Below the pieces are notes generated by a model. That model had not been told where the DNA came from and did no database searches. It saw only the letters and a program-made list of their open reading frames with translations. DNA of 34,808 nt. It comes from Campylobacterales bacterium (lineage in GTDB: Bacteria; Campylobacterota; Campylobacteria; Campylobacterales; Sulfurimonadaceae). The stretch is from the NCBI GenBank assembly GCA_038205935.1, contig JBBRBK010000015.1, positions 1 to 34,808 on the forward strand, read 5' to 3'. Positions 1 to 9,497 of the stretch are shown in pieces. Numbering within the stretch: position 1 is the first letter of the stretch; each line of letters opens with the position of its first letter. The translations under genes and the position numbers were made by a program.

Positions 1-2003
1 AATGTGCCGATCTCAGCCGTATTTTTGACATGCGTTCCGCCACAAAACTCGACAGATGCTTCGCCAAAACTTACAACTCTTACTTTGTCGCCATACTTTT
101 CGCCAAACTGTGCTTTTGCGCCGCTTTTTGAAGCTTCTTCGATATTCATCTCTTTTGTGATGCCTGAAAATGCATGCATAACGTGGTAATTTACTCTCTC
201 TTCCACTTCTGCGATCTCTTCTGCGCTCATCGCTTTTGGATGTGAAAAGTCAAATCTTAGACGCGTTGCTTCGACGAGAGAACCCGCTTGGGCAATGTGG
301 GAACCAAGTGTTTCAAAAAGTGCCGCATGGAGCAAGTGCGTTGCTGAATGGTGTTTTTCTATCTCATTTCTTAACATATCTACAACAGCTTCAACAGTGT
401 CGTTTACATGTAAGGTCTCTTTTGTCTGGATATGACTCAAAATAAGTCCATGAACCTTCTTTGTATCAAGAACATTAGCAAAGTTTGTAAGTGTTCCCGT
501 GTCTCCGGCTTGTCCACCGCTTTGTGCGTAAAAAGGGGTGTTATCTAAAAGAACCCAGCCTATTTGTTTCGCATGAAGTGTGTCTACATGCAAGAAGTCT
601 TCACTTAAGAGTGCTAGTACTTTTGATCTATACGTTGTATTCTCATAACCTACAAAGTTATTTTCGCCAAATTTTTCGATTAAAGATTTGAAGTCTCCAC
701 TTGTAGCTTCGTCACCGCTGCCTTTCCAAGCAGCTTTTGCACGAGTTCTTTGCTCATTCATAAGTGTGTCAAAAGTCTCATTGTCAAGGCTAAGATTTTT
801 TTCTTTGAGCATATCTTCTGTAAGATCAAGAGGAAAACCGAAAGTATCGTAAAGTTTAAATGCGACTTCTCCACTGAAAATATCTTTAGTATTTTCAAGC
901 TCTGCATTGAAAAGTTCGATACCCGATGCGATAGTCTTGAAAAATCTTGCTTCTTCAAGTTCGATCTGTTCTTTTATAACCTCTGCTTTGCCCGCAAGGT
1001 AGTCATATTCTGAGCCCATAACCCCAATCAAAGTATCGACAAGTTTATACATAAACGGTTTGTCAAATCCTAGAAGATATCCATGACGGACACCGCGGCG
1101 AAGGATACGGCGAAGCACATAACCACGACCTTCGTTTGAGAAATTTGTACCCTGAGCGAGTAAAAATGTCGCTGTACGGATGTGATCGGCGATAACGCGA
1201 AACGATGCGCCGCTTGCATACACATACTCTTTTTGTATCATGTGAGATACTTGGTTGATGATTGGCATAAAAAGAGATGAACCGTAGTTACTTGTCATCC
1301 CCTCTTTGATAGCTACAACGCGTTCAAGTCCCATACCTGTGTCGATAGAAGGTTTTGGAAGTGGGATAAGTTCGCCATCTTTAACTTTTTTCTCATACTG
1401 CATGAAAACAAGATTCCAGATCTCTAAAAATCTATCGCCATCTCCGCCCATGTAATCCTCAGGGCCGCTGAAGTTTTCCGCGCCTTGGTCATAAAAGATT
1501 TCACTACAAGGTCCACAAGGACCTGTGTCGCCCATTTGCCAGAAGTTGTCAGCATCGCCAAGACGCATAATGCGCTCTTTTGAGATATGTTTTTGCCACA
1601 GAAGTTCAGCTTCGTCATCGCTTTCATGAACCGTGACCCAAAGTCTGCTTTTGTCGAGTTTGATAACTTCGGTGATAAATTCCCAAGCATACGCGATCGC
1701 ATCTTCTTTGAAGTAATCTCCAAAACTGAAGTTTCCAAGCATCTCAAAAAATGTATGGTGACGCGCTGTATGGCCAACATTTTCAAGATCATTATGCTTT
1801 CCACCAGCTCGTAAACATGTCTGACATGAAGTTGCGCGAGGATTTGCAGGAGCTGGAACTTCGCCTGTAAAGATTGATTTAAAAGGTACCATTCCCGCAT
1901 TATTGAAAAGTAGGGTTGCATCCTCTGGAACTAAAGGCGCACTTGCGGCTCTAGCATGATTTTTTGATTCGAAAAATCTTAAAAATTCTTCTCTGATATC
2001 CAT
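1..2003 (-). CDS. alaS: Alanyl-tRNA synthetase, 3' end outside the window
   Basis: Manual translation from the ATG at 2003 gives [16 protein letters not shown]...[13 protein letters not shown], followed by [30 protein letters not shown] and EFCGGTHV. The frame at the left edge matches the start codon. It is absent from the ORF track because no stop lies in the window. Confidence 0.97.
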   Translation of the reverse strand, partial: MDIREEFLRFFESKNHARAASAPLVPEDATLLFNNAGMVPFKSIFTGEVPAPANPRATSCQTCLRAGGKHNDLENVGHTARHHTFFEMLGNFSFGDYFKEDAIAYAWEFITEVIKLDKSRLWVTVHESDDEAELLWQKHISKERIMRLGDADNFWQMGDTGPCGPCSEIFYDQGAENFSGPEDYMGGDGDRFLEIWNLVFMQYEKKVKDGELIPLPKPSIDTGMGLERVVAIKEGMTSNYGSSLFMPIINQVSHMIQKEYVYASGASFRVIADHIRTATFLLAQGTNFSNEGRGYVLRRILRRGVRHGYLLGFDKPFMYKLVDTLIGVMGSEYDYLAGKAEVIKEQIELEEARFFKTIASGIELFNAELENTKDIFSGEVAFKLYDTFGFPLDLTEDMLKEKNLSLDNETFDTLMNEQRTRAKAAWKGSGDEATSGDFKSLIEKFGENNFVGYENTTYRSKVLALLSEDFLHVDTLHAKQIGWVLLDNTPFYAQSGGQAGDTGTLTNFANVLDTKKVHGLILSHIQTKETLHVNDTVEAVVDMLRNEIEKHHSATHLLHAALFETLGSHIAQAGSLVEATRLRFDFSHPKAMSAEEIAEVEERVNYHVMHAFSGITKEMNIEEASKSGAKAQFGEKYGDKVRVVSFGEASVEFCGGTHVKNTAEIGT

Positions 2004-2030
2004 AATATTTCTCACATGTAAAATTGCGCG

Positions 2031-2065
2031 ATTATAGCTGATTTGAAATTAATCTTTTATATAAT
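2031..2065. promoter_or_regulatory. Divergent sigma70 -10 boxes: TATAAT on - at 2031-2036 for alaS and TATAAT on + at 2060-2065 for the EAL gene
   Basis: Perfect TATAAT hexamers at plausible distances from both start codons. Confidence 0.5.
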
Positions 2066-2118
2066 GGTGGTTATAGATCCAAATCACAGTATCTGATTCA
2101 AGATGTAAGGATGAAAAG

Positions 2119-3360
2119 ATGAGTAATATATTTTTAGCGAGACAGCCGATAGTGGATAGAGATGAAAATACCTGTGCATATGAGATTTTATATAGAGATA
2201 AATCGCAGCATAGCAATATAGACAACGACAGACATGCAAGCGCTTCTGTAGTCAATGATGTCCTCAATACTTTTGGGACCAAAGAATTGCTCGGAAAATA
2301 TAAAGCATTTATCAATATAGATGAAAAATTTTTGATGAATGATCTTATCTTTACGATTCCAAACGAGTTTTTTATCTTTTCTCTTTTTGAGCATGTTCCT
2401 ATGACAGAAAAGACAATCGAGAGGATACAGCAACTAAAACAAAAAGACTACCAGCTTTGTATTAATGAGTTGACGCCAGAGAAGGTAGAAAAATATGCTC
2501 CAGTACTCAAAGAGATCGCTTATGTGAAGATCGATTTTGACAAAGGTATATTTGAGACCGTGAAAAATCTGACAACACAACTTAAAAACTATGGTATCAC
2601 AGTTATTGGAACAAAATTGGAGAATAGAGAAAACTACCAGTTGGCAAAAGAGAATGGCTGTGATTGGTTTGAAGGATATTTTTTTGCAGCTCCGAAAATT
2701 GTCGAAAAAAGTGGATATGAACCTTCGCAAATGCATATTTTAAAGCTTTACAAACTTTTAATGCAAGACACTAATATTGATGAGATTGCCAAGGAGTTTG
2801 AGTTTAATCATGAGCTTACCGTACATCTCCTCCAATTTGTAAACTCTGGATATTTCAGCTTTAAAAACAGGATCTCATCAATTCATCATATCCTTGTCCT
2901 TGTTGGGCGTGTTCCTTTGTCTCAATGGCTAATGTTGTTAATCTACTCAAAATCAGTTTCAAAAGATGACACATCCAAATCACCTTTGATGCTGATGGTA
3001 AAATCTCGTACTGAACTTATGCAAAAAGTACTCAAAGCAATTATGCCAGATGTGAAAAGTAATATGCTCGGAGAAGCTTATTTTGTGGGTGTTTTGTCTC
3101 TTATGAACACTATCTTTAGTGTAGATCTTGAAAAGATTTTGAATGATTTGAATGTTTCACTTGAGGTGAAGAGCGCTATTTTGAATGATGAGGGAATGCT
3201 TGGCGATATCTTTGCTCTTGCGCGGGGGATAGAGGCTTTTGATACTAATGTAATCTCAGAATTTGAGGAATTTTATGGACTTTCAGGCAATATTATTAAA
3301 AATATTGTTTTACAAACGATTCAAGAAGTAAACAGTTTTGAACAACCAGCTTCTGTTTAA
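2119..3360 (+). CDS. EAL and HDOD domain protein (YuxH/PdeH-like), EAL apparently degenerate
   Basis: N-terminal FLARQPI...AYEILYR and FEGYFFA; C-terminal HDOD-like LLQFVNS...ISSIHHILVLVG and YFVGVLSL. Confidence 0.85.
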   Translation: MSNIFLARQPIVDRDENTCAYEILYRDKSQHSNIDNDRHASASVVNDVLNTFGTKELLGKYKAFINIDEKFLMNDLIFTIPNEFFIFSLFEHVPMTEKTIERIQQLKQKDYQLCINELTPEKVEKYAPVLKEIAYVKIDFDKGIFETVKNLTTQLKNYGITVIGTKLENRENYQLAKENGCDWFEGYFFAAPKIVEKSGYEPSQMHILKLYKLLMQDTNIDEIAKEFEFNHELTVHLLQFVNSGYFSFKNRISSIHHILVLVGRVPLSQWLMLLIYSKSVSKDDTSKSPLMLMVKSRTELMQKVLKAIMPDVKSNMLGEAYFVGVLSLMNTIFSVDLEKILNDLNVSLEVKSAILNDEGMLGDIFALARGIEAFDTNVISEFEEFYGLSGNIIKNIVLQTIQEVNSFEQPASV

Positions 3361-3791
3361 AAGCCACTTTCATCTTTGATCTCCACATGTGGATAGTGTT
3401 CTTTAAACAAAGCCGCTGATACACCATCGCCTACGGCGATGATCTCTCTTTTGTCATTTAAAATTGGTGTAGTTTCAAGCCCACAGCTTGGACTTTTTGA
3501 TTTTAAAACTATCATATCCAAATCAGGATGGGCTAAGATAAATTTCTTTGTCTCTTCTATAAGAAGCTCGGTCACATCTTTATTCGTTTCATCTGTGATG
3601 ATTCTGTTTTGACCGCTTACATGTAAGACACTGATACGTTCTCTTGGAGTTCCAAATAAAGGTGCTTCAGGGCAAAAGGGAATGATTTCCCAACCCTCAA
3701 ACGCTGTTATAACGCTGTTATGGATTTTAGTTTTGCCATCATAACGACAAAGTTCGCCCAAAAGACAAGCACTAATGGCAACTTTTTTCAT
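3357..3791 (-). CDS. DUF523 / 2-thiouracil desulfurase-family Fe-S protein
   Basis: Motifs ISACLLGxxCRYDG, CPE, GTPRE and LKSKSPSCG. Confidence 0.85.
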   Translation of the reverse strand: MKKVAISACLLGELCRYDGKTKIHNSVITAFEGWEIIPFCPEAPLFGTPRERISVLHVSGQNRIITDETNKDVTELLIEETKKFILAHPDLDMIVLKSKSPSCGLETTPILNDKREIIAVGDGVSAALFKEHYPHVEIKDESGF

Positions 3792-5206
3792 TAGTTAATT
3801 ATTACTGATTTTATCTCAGTCATCTCTTCGATGGCAAAACGTGGACCTTCACGCCCGACACCGCTAAGTTTGACACCGCCGTAAGGTTGGATATCAAATC
3901 TTAAAGTCGGCATATCGTTGATAACGATACCGCCTGCATCAAGCTCATCTATTGCACGTTTTACAAGAGAAAGATCATTTGTAAAGACGGAAAACTGTAA
4001 ACCATATGGAGAGTTATTCATCTTGTCACGAGCGGTACTAAAACCATCAACTTTTATCAGCGAAACGATTGGTGCAAACACCTCTTCACAGACAATCTTC
4101 ATCTCATCAGTAACATCTGCCATAACACATGGATAAAACATTCTGCCATCGCTTTTTACTTCCAAAAGAGATCTTGCTCCCTCATCGATTGCACTTTGAA
4201 TCCAGCTCGAAGCTCTTATCACAGCATCTTCATCGATAAGCGGTCCCATAAAAGTATCTTCATCATAAGGTGAACCAACGACGAGTTTTTTTGTCGCTTC
4301 TGCCATTTTTTGCGCAAAACTATCATAGATTTCGCTGTTGACGTAGATACGCTGTAAAGAGATACAAACCTGCCCAGAGTTTACAAAAGCACCGATGGCA
4401 CATTTCGTTGCTGCAAGGTCAAGGTCAGCAGTTTTATCGATGTAGGTCGCGGCATTGCCTCCAAGCTCTAAACTCACTTTTTTGATACCCGCATTTTTTG
4501 TGATAATGTTTCCAACAGGGACGCTTCCTGTAAAGCTGATAACGCGAGCAATATCACTTGTGATAAGTGCGCTTCCCACTTCTGCATCGCCATAAACAAC
4601 ACTGAGCGCATCTTTGATGGCAAATTCACTCTCGATGAAAAGCTTCGCAAATTTATAAGCAGTCAGCGGCGCTTCGGGAGTAGGTTTAAGCACAACACAG
4701 TTTCCTGCTACAAGGGCGGGTGCGAGTTTATGTGCGACAAGATTAAGAGGAAAGTTGAAAGGTGTGATCGCCACGACAACGCCGGCTGGCTCTCTTGTAA
4801 AGTAGGCTATAGATTTGCGTCCGCTTGGCATCGCATCTGTATTGATAGTCTCGCCATGCATTGTGCGCATTGTTTCGGCACTGAGAGTTACTGTCTCGAT
4901 GGCACGTTCTACTTCAATGCGTGAGAAAGTGATAGGTTTTGCTACTTCATCAGTAATCGTTTGCGCAATATCTTCTTTGTTCTCACGCAATTTTTGTGCA
5001 ACATCTAAAAGCCAAGCACATCTTTGTGCAAGCGTGGATCTCTTCGCATCTTTGGTAGCATTTTGTGCAATGCTAAGAGCTTGAAGCGCGTCTTGCTGAG
5101 TACAGATTGGCGCAAGGCTTACAACTTCACCATTGTACGGACTGAGTCTTTGTGAAAGAGACTCTTTTGTAGCTTCACGTGAGCCGAAGTAGATTTTTGC
5201 TTGCAT
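3791..5206 (-). CDS. NAD(P)-dependent aldehyde dehydrogenase family protein
   Basis: ITPFNFP, FTGS, LELGGN, catalytic GQVCIS, EEVFAP and PYGGVKLSGVGREG. Confidence 0.95.
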   Translation of the reverse strand: MQAKIYFGSREATKESLSQRLSPYNGEVVSLAPICTQQDALQALSIAQNATKDAKRSTLAQRCAWLLDVAQKLRENKEDIAQTITDEVAKPITFSRIEVERAIETVTLSAETMRTMHGETINTDAMPSGRKSIAYFTREPAGVVVAITPFNFPLNLVAHKLAPALVAGNCVVLKPTPEAPLTAYKFAKLFIESEFAIKDALSVVYGDAEVGSALITSDIARVISFTGSVPVGNIITKNAGIKKVSLELGGNAATYIDKTADLDLAATKCAIGAFVNSGQVCISLQRIYVNSEIYDSFAQKMAEATKKLVVGSPYDEDTFMGPLIDEDAVIRASSWIQSAIDEGARSLLEVKSDGRMFYPCVMADVTDEMKIVCEEVFAPIVSLIKVDGFSTARDKMNNSPYGLQFSVFTNDLSLVKRAIDELDAGGIVINDMPTLRFDIQPYGGVKLSGVGREGPRFAIEEMTEIKSVIIN

Positions 5207-5218
5207 GATAATGACCTC

Positions 5219-5965
5219 CTAAAATTTGTAGACCAAACTTGTTACTTGTGAAAAATCTGCCTCTTTGATACCAATTGCTGGATGGGAGTCTACAGCATAT
5301 GATACTTTCAACGAGAGATAGATTTTTAGATAAACATATACCTGTAATTCTAGCGCATTTGAAAGAAGATAGTCATGGAGATTATTTAATTTTGGCTGAT
5401 AATATCCGGTGTATGAGATGGCAGAATCTTGTCCAAAATCTTTCTTATAAGAAAGATAAAAGTTACCGCGAATATTATTTTCTTTTGGATCGATCGATGT
5501 TGAGTAGTCTATAAACTCATAAAATCCGCCAAGACCAAGATAGAATTTTCCCAAATCATCATCTTTTATATTGAAACGGTAACCGCCTCCTGTGATAAGT
5601 CTCTCTTTCACATTTGTAAATTGGTTAGTTTGTGACTGTATAAAAGCTTCCCAATTGATATTTTTTATATGATCATAAGTATGGATATATCTAAGATGCA
5701 CATACGTGTCAGCAGCATTTTTTATTCCCGAATATTCAGCATAATTGAATGCAACTTCGCCCCATGTGACATAGCTTGCATTATCATCATATTGAAGTTT
5801 TACTCCGCCGCTGTAAGCATCTGCGTCAGTATTACCGCGCTGTGTGGAAAAAGATCCGTTTATTTGCCCGCTTGTGCCAGGAGTTTTGCCAATTTCAACC
5901 GGCGCAATAGAAACGACGGCGAAAGCAAAGTTGAAAAGTGCGAAAAGAAGAAGTAGATAACGCAT
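5219..5965 (-). CDS. DUF481/YdiY-like outer-membrane beta-barrel protein
   Basis: Signal peptide, GNTD motif, alternating aromatic beta-strands and a C-terminal YKF. Confidence 0.75.
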   Translation of the reverse strand: MRYLLLLFALFNFAFAVVSIAPVEIGKTPGTSGQINGSFSTQRGNTDADAYSGGVKLQYDDNASYVTWGEVAFNYAEYSGIKNAADTYVHLRYIHTYDHIKNINWEAFIQSQTNQFTNVKERLITGGGYRFNIKDDDLGKFYLGLGGFYEFIDYSTSIDPKENNIRGNFYLSYKKDFGQDSAISYTGYYQPKLNNLHDYLLSNALELQVYVYLKIYLSLKVSYAVDSHPAIGIKEADFSQVTSLVYKF

Positions 5966-6062
5966 GGTGGTCCTTGTTTGAGTTGTGGAATTCTACTAGA
6001 TGAAAGGTTTAAACTAGATAAGAGAAGATGGAGTATAATTTTAAAAAAATTTAGAAGAGATT

Positions 6063-6632
6063 ATGCCAAGAGTTGAAAACGAAACATTTTATAACGCCGC
6101 ACTCCAAAAACATGGGCTTACATGTAAGGCGCTTCATTGGAATAGTGAGCAAAGCCAGAACCTGCGATTTAAGATTTTGCTTTCTTTGGTGGGAGATGAG
6201 ATCTCTACATGTAAGGTAGTAGATATCGGATGTGGATTTGGAGATTTGTACCATTTTATGAAGCGTAAACCTTTAGAATATATTGGTATTGACATTATGG
6301 ACAGTATGGTCGAAGAGGCGAAAAAAAGAACAGGTTGTGAGATCTTAAAACTTGACGGGCTTTATGATGAACTCCCGCTTGCGGATTATTATCTTTGTAG
6401 CGGAGCGATGAATATCTTGCAAAAGTTTGAGACCCATCTTTTTATCCAAAACTGCTACAGAGCTTCTAAAAAAGGATTTATTTTTAATATCCTCGAGGGC
6501 GATGACGAGTCACTTGTCTATAACTATTTTAAGGAAAATGAGATCAAAACTTTGGCAAAACAACTAGGCGCAAAGTACGAAATAAAAAAGGGCTATATGG
6601 ATCGTGATATGAGCGTAGGATTGTTTAAATAA
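6063..6632 (+). CDS. Class I SAM-dependent methyltransferase
   Basis: VVDIGCGFGDL motif I and YIGIDI motif; its stop overlaps the asnB start. Confidence 0.9.
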   Translation: MPRVENETFYNAALQKHGLTCKALHWNSEQSQNLRFKILLSLVGDEISTCKVVDIGCGFGDLYHFMKRKPLEYIGIDIMDSMVEEAKKRTGCEILKLDGLYDELPLADYYLCSGAMNILQKFETHLFIQNCYRASKKGFIFNILEGDDESLVYNYFKENEIKTLAKQLGAKYEIKKGYMDRDMSVGLFK

Positions 6633-8452
6633 TGTGTGCAGTTTTTGGAATACTCGGCGAATATGATGAAGGTCAAGCAAAATATGCACTTTCCCTTATG
6701 CACCATCGCGGGCCCGATTTTTGCGGTATTATACAAAGTGAACAACTGTTCTTTGCACATAATCTTCTTAGCATTATGGACACTTCTGCGCATGCACGCC
6801 AACCGCTTGCGTATAAAGAGATTTTGCTCAGTTTCAATGGGGAAATTTACAATTTTTTAGAGCTTAAAAAGGAACTTGAGTTTGATTATAAAAGCGGTGG
6901 TGAGAGTGAAGTGCTTATCGCCGCGTATCTCAAATGGGGTGTGGATTTTGTACAGCATCTTCGTGGGATGTTTGCTATTGCGCTTAAAGATGGCGACACG
7001 CTTTATCTTTTTCGTGATCGTTTGGGTAAAAAACCGCTTTTTTATCATCAAGGAAAAAGTTTTGTTTTTGCTTCTGAGATCAAAGCGATTGTTCCTTTTT
7101 TAAAGCAAAAAAAGCTGAGCAATGACGCCTTGCTTTCTTACCTCTCTTTTTTAGCGCCCACGCCGCCGCACACTTTTTACGAAGGTATTTACAAACTTGC
7201 CGCTGGGGAATACCTTACATTTTGTAGAGACAATAAAGTTGAGGTGAAACGCTATTATGATCTCCTAGACCCGTGGGGCACTTCACATGTAAGCCCAAAT
7301 ATTATAAAAGATGAACAAAACGCACTAAAACTTTTAGAAGAAAATTTACTTGATGCAATCTCTTCTCGTCTAACATCTTCCGTTCCTATGGCTTCACTAC
7401 TTTCTGGTGGAATCGACAGCGCTTTGATCGCGGCTATCTCTAAAAAAATGGGACATAATCTTCATACTTTTACGATCGGATATAACGAATATCAAAACTA
7501 TGATGAGCGAAAAAATGCTTTCTCTACGGCTGAGTTTTTAGGCGTGAAAAACAGCGTTGTTGAGATAGACCAAAACAGATTTATAGAGGCGAGTGAGCGA
7601 GTGTTTGATACGCTTGATGAACCGCTCAACGATCCAGCGGCGATTCCCTTGTATCTGCTTTTTGAAGAGATAAGTAAAGAGGGTTATCGCGTTGTGATGA
7701 GCGGTGAGGGAAGTGATGAGCTGTTCTTGGGATATAGACAGTATTTTGAGTATCTCGATGTCGAAAAAGGTGCTACGCTTATGCACAAAAACTGGCTCAA
7801 AAAATATTTTCGCTCAAACTTTTCAATGAATCGAGAGTGGGAATGGTATAAGCGTATTTGGGATGAGACGCTCTTGTTTCGCACTTCTGGAGATAAGTTT
7901 ACAGACCTGCAGAAAAATGAAATTATGCGTCAAAATATTCGAGATGGAGAGTCTTTAAAATATCTGCAACCCTACAGAGATAGGTTTGAAAACTCCTTAC
8001 ATGTAGACAATGCTTCGTGGTACAGCTACATCGATCTCAATATCTTTCAAGCCGAGCATTATTTGCGAAAACTCGACCATGTGAGTATGGCGCATTCCAT
8101 AGAATCACGCACGCCTTTTTTGGATCATCATTTGGTAGAAACTGTTTTTCAACTCTCGCCTGAGTTACGATACCAAGAGGGAAAAACAAAAGCACTTCTC
8201 AAAAAGATCGCTGCACCATATTTGAATGAAGAGATTTTAAAACGTAAGAAGAAGGGTTTCTCAAATCCTTACATGGAGTGGCTCATTGCTTCGGAAAAAA
8301 TTGATTTGATCTTGGAAGTAAATGAGCAAACAGGAATGTTTAGACGAGAAGTCTTGGAAAAATATATTGAGCTGGCTCGTCGTGGAAAATTTAAACAGCA
8401 TGTTTGGGGACTTTATGTTCTAAGTCACTGGATAAAAAAGCAGCTTCTTTAA
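6632..8452 (+). CDS. asnB: Asparagine synthase (glutamine-hydrolysing) family amidotransferase
   Basis: N-terminal Cys2 (MCAVFG), HRGPD, FNGEIYN, RDRLGKKPL, LSGGIDS, SGEGSDELF and RKKKGF. Confidence 0.93.
   Translation: MCAVFGILGEYDEGQAKYALSLMHHRGPDFCGIIQSEQLFFAHNLLSIMDTSAHARQPLAYKEILLSFNGEIYNFLELKKELEFDYKSGGESEVLIAAYLKWGVDFVQHLRGMFAIALKDGDTLYLFRDRLGKKPLFYHQGKSFVFASEIKAIVPFLKQKKLSNDALLSYLSFLAPTPPHTFYEGIYKLAAGEYLTFCRDNKVEVKRYYDLLDPWGTSHVSPNIIKDEQNALKLLEENLLDAISSRLTSSVPMASLLSGGIDSALIAAISKKMGHNLHTFTIGYNEYQNYDERKNAFSTAEFLGVKNSVVEIDQNRFIEASERVFDTLDEPLNDPAAIPLYLLFEEISKEGYRVVMSGEGSDELFLGYRQYFEYLDVEKGATLMHKNWLKKYFRSNFSMNREWEWYKRIWDETLLFRTSGDKFTDLQKNEIMRQNIRDGESLKYLQPYRDRFENSLHVDNASWYSYIDLNIFQAEHYLRKLDHVSMAHSIESRTPFLDHHLVETVFQLSPELRYQEGKTKALLKKIAAPYLNEEILKRKKKGFSNPYMEWLIASEKIDLILEVNEQTGMFRREVLEKYIELARRGKFKQHVWGLYVLSHWIKKQLL
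7270..7287 (+). repeat. 18-bp in-frame dispersed repeat unit CCCGTGGGGCACTTCACA, in the DPWGTSH segment of asnB
   Basis: 16/18 identical to 33739-33756; with flanks, 7269-7293 and 33738-33762 match at 23/25. Confidence 0.8.
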
Positions 8453-8946
8453 AGCTGCGTATTTTTTTCCTGCATCAATGCAAGTTCAAGTGTTCCGCTG
8501 ACATAATTTGCGAAAAAGTTTAAAACCTTTAAATCATCTTCTTCGAAGTCACCTTCTAGTTTATTTAAAAGCTGAATGATTCCTATCACTTCGTGGTTTG
8601 AATCAAAAATAAGCGTTGTAATAATATTTTTTGTTGTAAATCCGCTCTTTTTATCAATATTTGGCATAAAAAACTGATTGTCGTAAGGATTATTGACTAT
8701 TTGAGGTGATCTTGTTTTAAACGTATGTCCAACAATTCCGGCATCTGTTGAAATAGCAATCCTGCCAATGCCATCACTATGCTTTGTCCATAACATTTGT
8801 GATTCGTAATCGATAAGAAAGATAGAACATCTTTCGCATTTTAGAAGTTTTTTGGCTTCAATAGCGATGAGATCAAGAGCATTTTCTATCTCTTGCGTCT
8901 CTACAAGTTCTTTGCCAAATTTGGCGATTTCTGCGAATTTATTCAT
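8449..8946 (-). CDS. Stand-alone GAF domain protein
   Basis: CERCSIFL, GIVGH, IDKKSGFTTKNI and IGIIQLLNK...FEEDD. The ATG at 8946 overlaps the stop of the upstream gene. Confidence 0.88.
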   Translation of the reverse strand: MNKFAEIAKFGKELVETQEIENALDLIAIEAKKLLKCERCSIFLIDYESQMLWTKHSDGIGRIAISTDAGIVGHTFKTRSPQIVNNPYDNQFFMPNIDKKSGFTTKNIITTLIFDSNHEVIGIIQLLNKLEGDFEEDDLKVLNFFANYVSGTLELALMQEKNTQL

Positions 8947-9439
8947 TATTGTCTCCAAGCAAAGATGCGAGTTCTAGGTAACTGCTGATGTAGTGTGCGA
9001 AAAATATCATAAATTTTGTATCCTCATCGTTAAAGCCATCCTCTTTGTTTAAAAGCTGTAATACGCCGATAATCTTTCTGCTAGAGTTAAAGACCGGCGC
9101 TGTTGCGATATTTTTTGTGACATAACCTGTTTTGTTGTCGATCTCTTTGAAAAACGTTGGATCGCAATAAGGATCATTGCTGATAATGGGCTTTTTCTCT
9201 TTTAAAGTATGACCAGCTACACCCTCCGCAGCCGATATTTGTATCTTTTGTATCCCATCAGAGAGGACTGTCCATAAGAGATTATTAGCACTGTCATGGA
9301 TGTAAATAGAACATCGCTGTGCGTACAAGAGGTCTTTTGCTGTATTGGATATTAAAACAAGACCTTCATTCAAAGAGGGTTTATTTAAAAGTTTTTTACC
9401 AAATTCTGTCAGTTTCGCGTATCTGGAACTATCATCCAT
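8939..9439 (-). CDS. Stand-alone GAF domain protein, paralog of the downstream gene
   Basis: Start MDDSSRY at 9439 follows a GGAG RBS. Motifs QRCSIYI, IDNKTGYVTKNI and IGVLQLLNKEDGFNDED. Confidence 0.88.
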   Translation of the reverse strand: MDDSSRYAKLTEFGKKLLNKPSLNEGLVLISNTAKDLLYAQRCSIYIHDSANNLLWTVLSDGIQKIQISAAEGVAGHTLKEKKPIISNDPYCDPTFFKEIDNKTGYVTKNIATAPVFNSSRKIIGVLQLLNKEDGFNDEDTKFMIFFAHYISSYLELASLLGDNNE

Positions 9440-9497
9440 TTTGTTCTCCAATTGAGTTGATTGAAAAGATGGTATAAAAAAGTTGTTTAATCGCTGG

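Noticed and set aside
4..1921. Short ORFs listed in the track over 1-2 kb, and similar short antisense or alternate-frame ORFs elsewhere
   Set aside because: They are shadow ORFs overlapping well-supported genes such as alaS, and they show no recognisable motifs.
6705..6718. GC-rich near-palindrome ATCGCGGGCCCGAT
   Set aside because: Explained by the conserved HRGPD motif of AsnB.
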